DNA from: Octopus sinensis
Taxonomy: Eukaryota
DNA length: 64,000 nucleotides
Reading direction: 5' to 3'
NCBI RefSeq assembly: GCF_006345805.1
Contig: NW_021829832.1
Span: 372,001-436,000 of the forward strand
The position numbers were made by a program, and so were the translations under genes. Shown one piece after another: positions 13,357 through 26,921 of the stretch (position 1 is its first letter; every line of letters begins with the position of its first letter). The notes beneath the pieces are model-generated. The model worked only from the letters and a program-made list of their open reading frames with translations, was not told where the DNA came from and made no database searches.

Positions 13357-16300
13357 TCACGTGCTGAGTTGTACCTTGATACCCACACTAGCCATTTCGA
13401 CAATCATATAACGAAGAGCATAGGGAAGTTCGACTCCCGCGACATTATGAGAGTGACACATGAGACACGTCCAACACTCCTCCTCCACCTCGAGTCCATT
13501 CTCCAAAACACTCCCCTTCTCGCGGATGGTCGACAGAAGGGAGCCACACGAAGAACACAATTTCATCTGGAATGAGACAAATGCAATACAGGAGTCCGAT
13601 CTGAAGAAGTGAATAATCTGTCCTGCAGAGTGAAGGCAGTCCCGTGCGCCAACAGGGCATCCCGTTCCATCTCTCCGAACCTGATCCCGCCATGTCGCCG
13701 TCTCCCTTTGATGGGTTGTCTCGTCAGAGCGTCGACTGTCCCAGTTGAACGAACCTTGACTAAACTAAAAGTGACGACCTGTATCTTATCCATGACCATA
13801 TGCCGCAGTCGTTGGTAATACACGACGCCCTGGAATATCTGTGCCTCCATTTCACAACCAGTCACCCCACTGTACAACTTTTCCCAACCATAGTAGTTAA
13901 ACCCGGCTATTACTCTCACAAATATACAACCCTGTTCTAACAGCCTTCCAAAACAGTCCACCGTGTTTTCCCGTCCTGCGTATTTGAACGTGCTCGCCTC
14001 CTGGAAAAGACCATTGACTGTCCCAGCCTTGCCCGCAATGAGTTCAACCAGATTCCCCATTGTCATCCTCGACGGAATTCCGTGAGGATTGAAGAGCATA
14101 TCGGGAACCATGCCCGACTCTGAAAAGGGCATATCCTCAGGGTTCATAATCAGCCCCACCACTCCCTTCTGGGAATGTCTACTCGCAAACTTGTCTCCAA
14201 CCACGGGAGGCCTCTAATCTTAGCAAATGTGTCACCCACAGATTCCACCAGAGTAATGGACACAATTTGGGGATGTTCAAGGAGAGACACCTTATCAACC
14301 ACTGCCCTCTCCCCCTGCGTGTAACGACCCACCACGAACTGACCCGTCTCCGTGTTTCGAGTACTGCCAATGTGACAACCACCCCACCAGTAGAAAGGAC
14401 AGTTATATGTCAGTCTCACTCCAATGTAGGGCAGACCATCCGGCCCGACGTACTCCGACAACTGCTCATCCCCCTCTTTCCTGTCTGAAAATCACACTAA
14501 GAATACTAACCGAACACGAGAGGACTCCTCTTCTTCTTTCCGTCAGTCAAATCAATGACTTTGGTGGAATATATAAAGGCGGAAGCAAATCCCCGGTCGA
14601 TGGAGGCCCTGTTCATAGTGATGGCATCCTCCATGTCGAATCCCTGAACATATCACAGTGTCATACAGTGTAGGAAATGATGGCTATGATTGCATTTGTG
14701 CCCAGGGGATACTCATCCATCGAGTACTCGTCATACAACTGTGTCCGCGTTATCGGGGTTTGCGGGCTCTGCAGTTGATACATTTTATTGTCTGATCTCG
14801 TCCTCATATTCTGACAGGATATGCCCATCGTCTGTTTGCACATCTGCCAACTCACCAGACATAGACAACGTGGCATTGGTAGATATTTCGGGGACTTGGA
14901 TTGAATTCAGAGAACGGAGTCAAGGAAGCATTCAGACTGAGAACAGAACTGTCATCCAATTCTTGGTGAGTCGACGTGGCCTCTCCACTCTCGAGAACAT
15001 CTTCCTTCAGTGGAATTAAACGATGAGAACAAACGGTTTTGGATTTGAGCAGAATTTGGAGGTAAACTTGCTCGAATGAACCAACCAACTCCTCCGCCCG
15101 ACACAACACGTTGAAGACAGGCCGAACAAATCGACAGGGGGAAGTGAATATGTACACTGCGGGGAATTGACTGTTCGAGTACAACTCCCTCGATTTGGGC
15201 TTCTCAACAAAAACTATTTCTGAGTGTTTGGGAATCTGAATGTCATAAAGAAAACAACTTTATTTTGTGTCTTTAACATCCTCAAGTTGTTAATAAAACT
15301 ATGCACTTTGGGACAGTCAATATATCCCACCACTCCCCCATCGAGGAGCACACAATACGCCTCCACACCCCCCAGAGGACCGTCAGTGGGATTCACTCCA
15401 TATGAACACAGAACTCGCCCCAAGTTGTGATGATCAGTGTAGTCATTCACAATCTATCAATACACACGCGGCCATACATTAGCCAGAGTAGTCAAATGGT
15501 TAACCAACCCACAGGACGGCCCGTCAGGAGTCTGAACACAACAAAGGAAGCCTAAAGTAGGCAAGTGAGACAACCCCAAGTCTCCGGCCTCATCTTCCTG
15601 ATCTGAGTGGTCTTCATTTCAATGTAGAAATTGCCTCGATGAACACACCGGAAATGCGACAAAAATCTCATGTGGTTAATTCTGTCAGCAATCACACTCA
15701 ATCCGGAGGTCTGCTGAATTCCGTGGGCACTGAATGCGCTAATGTTCCCAGTAGAGAGCAGACAGTTTATGGTCGAGATTGGATTGGGGGAACGACTGAT
15801 TGCCGAGTTGAGCAGTTTCTCGATGTCTTCATCCCCCGTCTTCTCATACGAATAGACCATTGTCTTTATAATCCCCTGAAGCCACAATTTCAGTCTTTCC
15901 TATCAGCTGACTTGAATGTCAGACTTGGAGGACGATCGAAAACATACTTCCAGGCAGAATCACTTCTTGGTTGGCAATCGAGTCGGGATTTTCCTCCACA
16001 CACTCCCCCTGGACAAACGAAAGGAGTTTTTGCAACATAAAACTAAGGTTGAGGAGGCCGATGAAAATACACGAGACAGTTCACCTTCTCAGTGTCCGTT
16101 CGGAGATGAACACACACGGACTCCCTCAATATTCTCTCCGTTATTTCCTCGTTCGAATACCAATCAGGAAAACTTCCCTGATCACGAAAAAGTCCTCCCA
16201 AATAGTCCCTGATCTGTGCCTTCGTGTATAATTTATCCACGTGTAGTCTCCTCATCATGATTGTGGCACAATTCGCCACGAAAGAACTGTCCTCCACCCC

Positions 16301-17314
16301 CCTCATTATCAGTCTGAACAACTGAGCATCCCCCAAGTCGTCCAACGCCTACAAACAGCACACACCCATACCTTCACGACTATCATAAAGGGAATCAAAT
16401 ACAGCTTTCTTCCACACATAATCGACAGTGTCGTGCAACAGTTCTTCAAATAGTGCAACGTCATGTGCTGGGAATGTCAGGAAAGGGCAACTGCTGGCAT
16501 TTCGTTGAGTCCCACACACCGCATGGTGACCCCGAACTCGGTGTAGTGGTCTCCACGTTGTTTCCAGTTCCTCCGTTTGAGAGCCATGGCCTGAAAATAG
16601 TATTTCCACAAAACATAGTTTCGGCGAGGGACAGTCAGCATTCGAACACACCGCTCAATTCCGTTGATTATAAAATATCCTCCAAAACTCTGATTTTGTA
16701 CAAAATATGAAAACCTCCGCCTCTTCCCCCGCCGAAATGAGCTGCCTGGGCGACAGACCCTGCAAGTGGCACAACGAGGACTGAAATAGTCAAAATGTGA
16801 AAAACGTGGAGCATTATTGGGAAGGTCGTGGCCAACTGTCGATCTATAAAATTGGTGACTTTCCCGTCGACTTTGCAGATCAATTCAATGTTGACTTTGC
16901 CGCCGTAATTAGTCCTCGTTTGCCGACACTAATCATCGGACTGAAAGTACTTCGGAAGGGAGTATTCGGTCGTTGATGACTTTGAGGTCACTTCCTGGCA
17001 TGTTGATTCGGGCATTCTGGAATATGTCAAATTAGTCAACGTTGATTGCCAATTCCACTCGTTTTCCGTTGACTGTGGCCCCGTGGATGTTTATGCTCTA
17101 AGTTGAGTATTATATTAAATTTAAACTCGGATTGATCGCAGAAGACCTTCGGACACAAAGTGATTAAACGACTCGATGTGGTTTTGTACCAAATCTTGTA
17201 CTTTCTACGAATTGGTTGTAATGTTTATACTCGATTTCGTTCATCTTTGATTCGTCCAAAGTTTGTAAGTCTGTTGGAAACTCGTTTTGTCAAATCGTAG
17301 TCCGTGTCGCACAT
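13357..17314 (-). CDS. POLR1B: RNA polymerase I second-largest subunit (RPA2/RPA135), many mini-introns
   Basis: [96 protein letters not shown]-terminal Zn ribbon and [19 protein letters not shown]. Confidence 0.95.
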
Positions 17315-17450
17315 CACCAAATAAATCAAACACGCTCGTTATTACAATTTATAATTAACTTAAATTTAAAATATTTCAAATAATATTATATTTACTAACA
17401 ATAAAATAAAACAGAACATCAAAGGGAGTGTGTGAATGTTAAACGTGAAT

Positions 17451-17921
17451 TTATTTACTAAATAATCTTTTAGAGATATTCCAAAAAATATTGAGAGCAA
17501 AAGCAGCCAAGAGATATCGGACGGTTGTCTGTGTCCTTACCAATTCTGTCCGAATGTCCTCAACTTCTCTCTTGAGAAGATCCGTCCTCGGATCGGTCTG
17601 TTTTTTAACGTTGTTATCAGCTTTAGGCAATTTTGGCTGATTTGTGTTTAGTTGGGGAAAAGATTGATCTTGAACTGATTCTTCGACGAATGAGTCAGTC
17701 ATCACCTCTGTAGTGAGAATCGCAATAATCACCTGTGACTAGGATTTTGTCAGGAATGGTCATGGGGGGAGGATAGTCCCTCAAGTAGCCCTCGTTGGGG
17801 GATGGATTGGGATACTCGCTCTGTTTGGAATGTTAATGGAATATACATCTGAGGTCCAATCAGGTTCGTATGGAGAAGGGCACTCTTGGGCGGAACCAAA
17901 CGAATACACACTGAAAACCAT
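17451..17921 (-). CDS. Small tail-anchored protein, probable mitochondrial fission factor (Mff/Tango11)-like
   Basis: Spliced: YEPDWTSDSEY...MTIPDKILV (similar to Mff repeat MxVPE(K/R)IxV), coiled coil LLKREVEDIRTELVR, and C-terminal TM YLLAAFALNIFWNISKRLFSK. Confidence 0.5.
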
Positions 17922-18465
17922 TATTGGCAATATATACGTTTATTTTATATAAATATTAAAAGCATAAAATCGGTTCTAATAAGAAAAATTTTATTTGACA
18001 ATTAATTCCGATTTTCCGGGAAAGTCTCTACGGCTTGGCACTTACAAATAAGTTTACGCACATAGTCCCGTCCTATTAAAGACAGTCTTATTTACATTTT
18101 TAGTAGGCTGAATCGCGTATAGGCTTATATAACTATTTGACATATGTACGAAGTGATTTCAGACTTTCAAATCTATACGTGCATGTAAATACATTTCATA
18201 TGTTTTGCTGTAATTGAGTTTTCTATTACATCTGGCTTAAATGGTGCACTATTCTGGTTAAAGTGAAGGCGCTTTGCTTTGGATTTCTATAAAAATATTT
18301 CTGATTTGAAGGAGGGCTAGGAAACACATATAATGTTTGTCCATTATACTAGTTAAAGTGGGCAACCCTCTCTTTTGGAGAAAAGCAGACCAGAATCAAC
18401 TAGGCCAATTCCCAGAATATAATAAGAGTACAAAATAAAAACAAGAATATTGCAGATAGTCACAG

Positions 18466-20872
18466 TCAGTCAATACAAGATCGTTTGGAGGGAGATTGGA
18501 CAGAGTTGAGAATAGTGTTGGTCATTTCGTCATCATCCGAGTCCGACTCATAATCAACCAAACTTCGCTTGAGAGCTCCGTCAGCCACGAATATGGTGGG
18601 AGGCATAACCAAAACGGGTTGAGTAATCTTACTCTGAATAACCAGTTCCTCCTCCTCTTCCACTACTCTGTGAATACAACCACCCACTATTCTCTTTCCG
18701 CATCCGAACTATCGCATCCGACGCCCTCTCGAATTCGAGGGAATCCACTACAGGGTTGTCGAAGGGAGTGACCCCATCGTCACTGTCAAACCAGGCGTCC
18801 TCATCCTTCAACTCCGTCAAATACTGTGAGTCACCACTCTCGTCATAACTCAGACTACTCCCTGATAACCACCACCAACTTGTTCTTGGTCACCCCCTCC
18901 GTCCGCTTCTTTATTTTGGTGAACGTGTTGACATACTCGATGTGACTGAGGTGGGAGTCGTAGTATTCCCCGATTATATAATTCGCCAACTCCACCGTCT
19001 ACACTGCACAAACAACCCAACATCGCAGGCATTCTCAAAGAACTCGAGGACTGCCGAATTGACCATGTTATATCTCCCCCATTTCAACAACCCGACGAAG
19101 GAATCGAGGAGTCGGTGGGAAATGACGAACTGTGTGTAGGACGGACGGTACAACACCACCTCCTTCACGTACCTCACACTGCCTACACATCACACCACAC
19201 CTCTACTCAGCACTAGCAGTTTATAACGGGACTTGAACAGTGCCACTGCCCGCACGAGGAGTCCTCGGTCGATGTTGAGGGAGTGCAGTTGGTTGGCGTA
19301 GTTGGGCACTTGCAGGGTCAGGTGGTCGAGGAGGAGGGTCAGATAATCGGCAGTCCTCCTGTCCTCTGCAATGCAATCCCCACATCACCAGAAAGCACTT
19401 TGTTGTCCTCAGTCACCACAAACAGGGGTTCCACCAGTCGAGGCAGACACACTCGGAAATGCACATCCGCGAATGGCTGCCGACACAAGTTCTTGGGATC
19501 GTCCATCACACTCTCCGAATCGAGGATCTGTCTGATGGCCGTCAGAATCTCATAGGCCGTCTTTAGTTCTACAAATGACACTGCCAACACAACCAGGGTC
19601 GGGATCGTTGACAATAATATGGACGAGGACCACCACCAACTCACTCTACACATCACACACCCACACACCTCATCCCGCAGACACTCCCGGACTACTGTCG
19701 GGGACTTGTCAATCAAATGAAGGAGGATAGAGACGGCCGTCCGATTAGACTGAGTGGACTCCTACACTGAGGACACCCCACTACCAGCACAGCATGGAGT
19801 GTTCTGATGAGACCAGCATCCACGAGGGTCTGGCAGTAGGCATGCCAAGCGGGGATAAACTCCGTCAATTTAACTAGTTGGAGGACGAATGCGAGCAGGT
19901 CAGTCCTCGAAGGGTCATTCCCAATACTCGACAACAAACAGGATAGAAAATTCCCATTCTAATTATACTCATTAATGCCAACGTGGAATAGTCTTATGGT
20001 CTCGTTCACCAAGTCCGACAGAAAGCTGTTGATTCCCTTGCAGGTGGTCTCCCTTTCGAGGACAGTCAGCGGATTGTAGGAAATGTCTCTGATGAAGAGG
20101 GTTTTGAAGACAATCTCCAAGTTCTCGGCCAAAATGAGGTCCTTTATTTCCTCGATTGGCCTGAATCTGAGTCCGTCGTCGGGATCCTCTCCACTCAGAA
20201 TGAAAATGACTTGGTCAATCAGTTCGACTGAAAGCATCGACTTGAAATGGTCCTTTCGGTCACTTTGGACGAGAATCTTAACGAGAGAAGCCACTTGTCT
20301 CCCACAAATATCGCCCTCCCCACATTTGAAGAACAACTCGATCAGAGAGCGGACAAAAACAGGGAGATCCACGGAAGTTCCCCCCGCAATGAAATAGCGG
20401 ACTCCTTCTTCGGCGTCTTCCACATTTTCACACTCATTGAGGACAAAGGTCTCCTCCTTGGGCTGGGAGTCCTTCTCCGTGTTCTTTTGCTCCTCCCTAA
20501 TCTAGGATATGCGGATTGTCGAATACAATCTCAATTATGTCCATGAACTGGTCGCACTCGGTTTCTTCGAGGAAACTGATAGCGTGGTCTCCTTCTGTGT
20601 CCTCCCACAACACGAGTGTGCTCTATACAGGTTATTTGGTGGAGTACTTCCTTTCTTTCGAAATGCAGTTCTTCGGAAACGGGGAGGTTCAGGATTTCCG
20701 ATTCTAAAACACACAAGGCAGATTTACTGTCGTTCTCTGATCGCACGTGGATTATCGAATTCCTCAGGTCAAGGTCAGAAAGGTTGCCTACTCCGTCGTC
20801 AGTCCACGTATTCTCGGAAGAGTCAGCACATATCTTGTACACTTTGACGCGATACGACAAGGATTCCGTCAT
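18466..20872 (-). CDS. PPP4R3: Protein phosphatase 4 regulatory subunit 3 (SMEK/falafel)
   Basis: N-terminal EVH1-like YRVKVYK...WTDDGVGN...STLVLWEDT..AISFLEETEC, RYNMVNSAVLEFFE, DEDAWFDSDD and C-terminal SLVDYESDSDDDE. Confidence 0.88.
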
Positions 20873-20976
20873 AAAGAAATTGCCACCACAAAAACACTTT
20901 ACACAATGTAGACTTTATTCAAATAAAATTAAACTACTAATTTTTTAGATTTCATTTTTATAAATAAAATAATTAT

Positions 20977-23217
20977 TCAAATCGTAAACAAAGTCCAATC
21001 CACAAGCCAGTTCCCTAAGAACTCGGATTCATTTTCTGTACTACTCAATACAATCTTTCCATCGGGATCGACTGAATTCAAACAAAGCCAAAACCTTTTA
21101 GAAAACGCCAGGAATCGGCTCCAGACATCCCTTTCACAGTCACTAGCTTGTTGACAGTCTCTCTGATCACCGACAAAATACAATCCCGTTTTAAGTCCAT
21201 TTGGCCACAAAATGTGCCTAAAGTGACACAAAACCCCAACCAATCGCCTTCAATGACTCCAAATCGCCTATTTCCGGGAGATTAGCGGACTCGGATATCC
21301 AGAAGAGTGGCACAGAAAACCCTCCATTGTCCAAAGACATGGAAGATGGGAGATGTCGAGGTCAATATAACACATAAAATGTACATTGAATGACAGGTCG
21401 TTCTAATGAGGACATCCACCCTGTCCAACAGTCGAATAGAAATAATCCCCGGGGACAGGAGACGCGGTTCCCCGTCGATCTGCATTGGCACTTGCCTCAA
21501 TATTGTCACATCCGCCTTCCTGCATTGCTTCAGTCGACAACCAGTCCCCCCCAGTTGGGTGGACAACTGCCATCACGTGCAACAATACCATCGACCCGTA
21601 AGTGAACCCAATCACCTCCAGCAGTCCATCCGAGTAGGACTGTGGGACGAACTTGGAACTGTACGTCTTCCCCCACGGATTCCTCCCCCCGGCATACCTC
21701 AAGTAAACCAATCAGTCAACGAGTATATATTCAGAAACAGCAATGTCGATATTTTCTTTTCGATGAGTTTAGAAGTCAAGTCCACGTCGTCGCACTGAGA
21801 CATGACAGGAGACAGTACAATGAGTCCGCAGTAGTCCGACAGATTCTTGCAGGTCTGGACGATGATGTCCTTCCCCCCGACCTGTCTCCTCACACAACAC
21901 TCACCCCCGCGTAGTACATCTTGTTCCAAAACCGACTGTTAAACTTCTCGGGGTTTGCGTCTGTTTTAGCCAATAAAAGTACTCCGCGACTCGTGGAATT
22001 CGAGGGAAATGCCCGCATCCGCCCCAATGCTGAAGTAATTGTTCATCACCCCGTCCTCAACCGAGTCGTCGTTGTGTTTGACCCTGATCGACCACCTGTC
22101 CAACTTCCCCGCAGGCGAACAAGCCATGTCGGCCAAAATGTCCCGCAAATGTTCGGTGGTGTGTCCCTACCACTCAACCACTCTCTCTACAGGTCCCCAG
22201 TTGAAGGTTCTGGCCAAGTCATTTCCCGTGCCGAGGGGGATAATCCCCACTCGAATGCTCATCCCCAGTTCATTAGCCGTGGCCAGAATCCACCCCACTG
22301 TCCCGTCTCCCCCAGCAATCATAAAAATCGTGTTCTGCACATTTCGGTACAGTTGGAGTCTATCAGTCTGCAAGTCCCACAAACCCCATTTTGGGCCCGG
22401 AAACAGACAAGTCGAAAATTTGTCGAGGATTGAGTAGCCAGAGTGCCTGTTGGTAGATATTCTCCCACCTGCCTCCCCCACTCTTCTTATTGATGAACAG
22501 CACGACGGGGGAGCGAGTGGAGGGTCCCGGATATATCGAGAAGAGGCAGCTCCCCGCCCCACTCACAGGCATTCTCCTCATCCCGGGGGAGTGGGAAACC
22601 TTCTAATACATGTCCGAACAGTACTTTCTTAATCCACGTATGAGGGACTACGTAGGAGGGCATTGTGCACATTTCTCTGCTCATTTCCTCCCTAAAACAG
22701 GAGGAGTAGTGCATTTCCACTTTGCACCACAAACACTGGACAACGTAGGCCTGCAGAGTGGGGACTACCACCAACCTTCCGGCCACTGAATGACTTGGAG
22801 AAGGCCTTTTTGCAGACGTGACACTTGCCTTTGGACATGAGTCTTATTTCGAACTGGTGGCGTTCCCCGGGGAGGGAGGAGGACTGTTCCCACTAGAGAG
22901 TGAGAGGGGAATATCCAACATCCTCGCTGCTGGAGACGTAGGTTTCCTTGCACATGTGAGTCAGGCTCTGCAAATGACAAGTCAATCCAACATGTCCAGA
23001 TTGAAGACACTTTTCGTGGACAACCACACGACAGATCCCACACCGAAAACGACTGTCGGCCGTGTTCTGTGGTTAAGGAGGCAGTCTTACCCCCGTGCAC
23101 CTGCACTTGTTCATGTCACACAACGACGACGAAGGCTTCGTGTCGAACCAACTGTGAGTAGTCGACGGGATTCTCACCTTGGGTTCACCACCACCAACTC
23201 ACCTTCCAAATATCCAT
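20977..23217 (-). CDS. Diacylglycerol kinase, type IV (zeta/iota)-like
   Basis: Two C1 domains (HSWFDT...RFRCGICRVVVHEKC), PVVLFINKKSGG, IAGGDGTVGWIL, GIIPLGTGNDLART, MNNYFSIGADAGISLEFHESR, SDGLLEVIGF, PMQIDGEP. Confidence 0.9.
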
Positions 23218-23298
23218 TACTCACTCATTAATTCAACTAGGTCTATTATCCTATTTAATTCTTATTATTAAATTAGTTATTAATATTATTTATATTAA

Positions 23299-24956
23299 TT
23301 AAGAAAGTGGCCACTTGTATTCCCCACTGTAAATAAATCCTGCATCCACCATTAACTCATCACTCTCCGGTGGTCCTCGACTCCCCATCTCGTAGGGCAC
23401 AGGCTCCACCTCCCCTTCTTCCAGTGCTGTGAGGAGGGGGTTAAATATCCTCCAAGCCTCATTCAACTCGTCAGAACGGACAAAACTGGTCTGAATTCCC
23501 TGAATTGCCTCCACAATTAGAAACTCGTAGGGCCCCAGTATTCCATAGTCCTACACATCACTCAAATAGTCACCTCAAAACGGTCACTATATGTAATATT
23601 CAAATCCGTCTCCACGTACTGTCCCTCGATTCCCGGCCGTTTGACCACAATCCTCAGGTAAATGGCCTCCGTGGGGTTCACACATATCACCAACTCGTTG
23701 TGTTTGCCCATCCCGAACTGTCCGCTTTCCTGGAATTGAATCCTCACTTCACATTTCCGCTCATTCAGTGCTGCCAATAGTTTTCCACAACAACCCTTTC
23801 CAGCACGAATAATGAAGGGCACTCCTTTCCATCGGGCATTGTCGATTTCGAGGACTGTCGTCACCATTGTGGGAGTCCGCGAACCAGCAGGGACACCCTC
23901 CTCGGCCAGGTACCCCACGTACTGTCCCACGACGGTCCTTTCGATATCAGCCTCCCCCACACATTTGAGTAGTTTGACCTGAAATGACCAAACAGTCCAA
24001 CCTTTTCCTCTCGAATGTCCTCAAAGTGCATTGATTTGGGAGATTCCATCCCCACGAGAGATACGATTTGAAGCAAGTGATTTTGGACAACATCCCTGCT
24101 ATTTTCAGAGTTATAAAAACCGTATTATTCCATAATTATCAAAGTATCCTGCCCGACCCTGCGTTCCGAAGTTTTCCTTCATCGTAATCAACACGTTTTT
24201 GATATTGTTCCTGTTCCAAAGGGTTTCGAACACTTTGTTGGCGAACCTTGGAATGAGGGGGGAGACCACCTCAGAGTGAGGATGTTACGTAATGCTTCCT
24301 TCCCCAGAAAATGGTCAATTCTGTATATTGCAGACTCGTCGAATAAGCTGGTGAGATGGGCAGACAATTCGTTACTCGAAGACAAATCCCTTCCGAATGG
24401 TTTTTCAAATATTATTCTGAGCCACCCCCTAAAAGTAGACTCCTCTCACGTGACCTTTCAGTAGAGCAGTGTCTCTTTATCAGGGAGGCCGTGGAGCTAT
24501 ATAAATTAGGTGGCAATGCGATATAATAAAGACGGTTGGCACACGAATCAATTTCCGTGAGTTTTTGATTTAAATTAATAAAGTTTGCAGGACTGGTGTA
24601 GTCTCCCTGCACATAGTGGGTTATCCTCGAAAACTGGGCGAACAAGTCCAGTTCCTCGTCTTTTAACTACAATCAAAAAGTGTGATAAACCAGGAAGTTT
24701 GGTCTAATTCTGTCAATGAGGATATCTCTGGTTAAAGCAGAACGGGCATATCCTATGAGGTTTGTGTTCTTAGGGAGCATTGATTTTTTGTAGAGCGTCC
24801 TTAGGCTGAATTGAGGTGACCTACCAGAGGGAAGGATACACTTTTTTTGAGGCCAAATCTCCCTAATTGAGAGAATGAAATGTTTTTAGTTCTTACAGAT
24901 GCTCCAAGTACGATGATCAGGATGTTGTCCTCAGAATTCGCATCCACTTGACACAT
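23299..24956 (-). CDS. G6PD: Glucose-6-phosphate 1-dehydrogenase
   Basis: [75 protein letters not shown]. Confidence 0.97.
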
Positions 24957-25349
24957 TTATTAAATGTGATTTCTTAAATATTTAAACTACTTTTATAAAT
25001 TAATGAATAATCAATTAAAACAAGTCCAGCCAAAACATTCCATCAAACAGATAGTCAAATAATTCCCATCAAAGTGAGGAAATTGTATGTTTTATTAAAA
25101 ATCTCAACTTATTTTTTAACACACTGAGTGCATTCACTTTGGTAAAAAATGTGGTCAACTATTTCCAAAGGTCAAATTAAACATTAATTATGACCAAGTT
25201 GTGCCTATTTTGTCAAATCATGCAAGATGGACATAAATACTTGCGTCATAATAAAGTTCTTATAGCCAATTTCATGTACTTAATTTAAATAAGTTAACCC
25301 GATAATTATTTTGAGATTAGTTTGTAAAAAAAGAGAAAAATTGTATTTC

Positions 25350-25690
25350 TAAAAATATTGTTTTCAAACGTATTCTGCGTCTTCAATCGGGACACAAACT
25401 TTTTTATTAAGACTATCATTTTTAAGCCTCTGGTCAAGTTGGAAGGCAATATCGGAGAAACAAGCGATAATAAAGCGGTGAATATGGAATAGCATCTTTG
25501 CCACGTGGATTGACGTCAGTTTACTCCATCGATCATAATTTTAATGTCAAATGTTTGATTAGTCTAGAATTCCCATTTGGATTAAAAGTTTTGTGAAATT
25601 GACCTTAATAATAAAAAAATTGGACTAGTCAAACTGGAGAGAGGAATTTTGTAAGAAAACTCACTCTTTTACCACTTTTTTATTTTGGTT
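25350..25690 (+). mobile_element. Degenerate RT fragment of the R4-like family
   Basis: Broken WIDV..FYSIDHNF and DLNNKKIGLVKLERGIL resemble WVDVKKAFDSVDHEF and HIDGKRIGKVKLSRGILQGD of the intact element. Confidence 0.5.
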
Positions 25691-26327
25691 ATTTATACGT
25701 CAAAGACAATTGTAAATATAACATTCCCGAAAGTGTATATAGTGACAGTTGCATATTTAGCTACTCGTTTCGTTCTCACCTAAAAAATAATTTCTGACTA
25801 AAAAAATTTGTTAAAGAATTTCTGATTGTTACTCATTTTCTAAACGCAGAGAACAAGTATTCATTGTTTGTGTGTTATGTGGATGAAAAGTCATTCTGTA
25901 AAATCAACAGCATTTTTAATCTCACTGTAATTGTCAGAATAGCATAGACGTAACTATTCCACAATTAATCTTAATGATTTTCTTAGTTGTAATTTAATTA
26001 TTAGAAACTGATTCAAAGACGAAATGTCTTTTTAACTTGTTGGGTAAGTAAAACGTTTTTTGGTTACTTTTTGTTTTTAAAGTTTTGTTGTCGAATGACA
26101 TTTATTCGTGATGAGTTGATCAAAACATTCAAAGAAAAATTAATAAAGAATGCCGTGTTTTTAATGAATATTTTGGTTTTCGAATTGTGAAAAATTAATT
26201 TTTTTCATTGGCCGCATCAAAAAAAATATGAGTTAATTCATCATATTTTTTAGGGCTACTAAGAATTCATTTTATGGAATTAAAACTTGTTAACTAATTA
26301 TGTTTAAAACTACTAAATATCTAGAAG

Positions 26328-26490
26328 ACGTTGCCTCTCAGGATTGCAATGGGGATTCTTTGGAACAGCCATTGTTTCTCCCGAGGCTTTCGACGTCTTC
26401 TGGAAATCAAATGCCCGATTCTCCCAACGAGTTCCAGAATTCCAGAGAAGAGAAACGTAGAGAGATTATGCGTCAGTTGCTTAAAATAGT
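26328..26490 (-). mobile_element. CRE-like REL retrotransposon C-terminal fragment
   Basis: Minus frame LELVGRIGHLISRRRRKPREKQWLFQRIPIAILRGN parallels WLYQRISIAILRGN at 61.1 kb. Confidence 0.6.
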
Positions 26491-26640
26491 TCAAGTGGGA
26501 CGCTACACCGCTGTCTACAGAAGTTGTGGCAGGTCGCTGGAAACTATTCGGTCACATCTTGAAACTGAGCCCAGCCATTCCCGCTAATAACGAATACTTC
26601 ATGGAGTATGGCGAAAAATATCGTGGAAACGAGATCTCCC
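26490..26640 (+). mobile_element. RTE-clade fragment
   Basis: PLSTEVVAGRWKLFGHILKLSPAIPAN..EYFMEYGEKYRG parallels ARWRLFGHVLRMDQTSPANLAMEEYF...KFRG of the 8.5-9.4 kb element. Confidence 0.6.
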
Positions 26641-26921
26641 CTCCTGAGTTTTGGGAAAAGATCTCGATAAGAAATTACAAAGCGAAAACTACCCAGGGGG
26701 CTGGACTAGGATGGGTCAGAAGATCGCCTTGCTTGTTACACGTGTGGGATTATAACCTTGAAAATGTTGCTACAGTGTCAATAATAATTTTAAATAATGG
26801 AGGACTAGGTAGAATACGGTAGTGACCACAATACAGACTACTGCCAGACTAACTAAAAAATACAAGAAAACGACAAATAAAAAGAAATTAAAGTATCAAG
26901 AAATGAATTAGCCAATTAAAA

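Noticed and set aside
23070-23093. U12-type branch site (TCCTTAAC) in a DGK intron
   Set aside because: The donor is a standard U2-type GTAAGA, so the branch-like match alone is insufficient. Coordinates are approximate.
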